Source: Nitrospirota bacterium (GTDB lineage Bacteria; Nitrospirota; UBA9217). Taken from it: DNA of 64,000 nucleotides. Made by a program: the position numbers and the translations under genes. The notes beneath the pieces were generated by a model. It was not told where the DNA came from and did no database searches. It worked only from the letters and a program-made list of their open reading frames with translations. Where the stretch lies: positions 704,001 to 768,000 of the forward strand of contig CAVVUN010000015.1 in assembly GCA_963751455.1 (NCBI GenBank), in the 5' to 3' direction. This document shows, piece by piece, positions 63,550 to 64,000 of this stretch. The stretch's first letter is position 1; each line of letters begins with the position of its first letter.

Positions 63550-63691
63550 GGCGTCTGATGTTCCCCGTGCTCATCTATGTTTATTACCGTCTATCCAAGA
63601 GAGAAGAAGAGGAGATGATTAAAACATTTGGAGATGAGTACTGCGGTATAGAGGAAAGACACCGATGTTCGTGCCGAAAATGGGGAGGTGA
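63550..63691 (+). pseudogene. Isoprenylcysteine-methyltransferase-family C-terminal remnant
   Basis: LMFPVLIYVYYRLSKREEEEMIKTFGDEY..PMFVP. Confidence 0.6.
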
Positions 63692-63900
63692 AGATCATGA
63701 AAAAGTTTTTGTTTAAAGTGGAAGAAAAATTTTGCGATGAGTGCTCCCTTGCCTTGAGAAGATTTATTGGACATATGGAAGGAATAGAGTCCATTGATGT
63801 CGAGGACAGGAAAATCGCCGTTGTCTTCGACGCCGCAAAGATGACGGATGAAGCACTGGCCAGGATCACTAAGGGACAGCTTGGAGAAACTGGGGCATAA
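63688..63900 (+). CDS. Heavy-metal-associated (HMA-like) small protein
   Basis: FCDEC motif; EGIESIDVE. Confidence 0.65.
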   Translation: MKIMKKFLFKVEEKFCDECSLALRRFIGHMEGIESIDVEDRKIAVVFDAAKMTDEALARITKGQLGETGA

Positions 63901-64000
63901 ACTCATTGCATAGTGCATTTTATAAAACCTCGACGCCAGTACCAACTCTTTTGTGAATTATGTGCATTTTGTGGCTATAGAGCAAAGCCTTTAGAGAGGG

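Overview
Bacterial chromosomal window. The GC-rich core genes and repeat style suggest Nitrospirota or a deltaproteobacterium, but this is inference only. Bases 1-4098 are core genes: a class V aminotransferase, serA, purA, tRNA-Lys and tRNA-Glu. The tRNA-Glu 3' end is an integration hotspot with tandem att copies at 4071-4100, 24167-24196 and 30362-30381. Island 1 (~20 kb) looks like a phage satellite (PICI-like). It carries a tyrosine integrase whose ORF runs through the att core, a TerS-like protein, a lambda-O-like Rep with internal iterons, a DnaB-like helicase, a CHC2 protein and a ~600-nt structured C4-like leader RNA. Its cargo is a C2H2 zinc-finger protein, a 1943-aa nuclease-STAND defence protein and an AcrVA2/FinQ-like protein. 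Island 2 (~6 kb) holds toxin-antitoxin pairs, a broken primase-helicase and an IS. After the third att site (with a decayed integrase) lies a partly pseudogenised accessory region. It contains a sigma54-driven OsmC-DsrE-TusA operon, Met/His-rich secreted proteins, an ECF sigma/CBM48 anti-sigma module with three matching promoters, signalling genes, IS3 copies, more TA modules, a LexA-methyltransferase-nuclease operon and heavy-metal gene remnants. All calls are by eye from motifs; no database searches were run.
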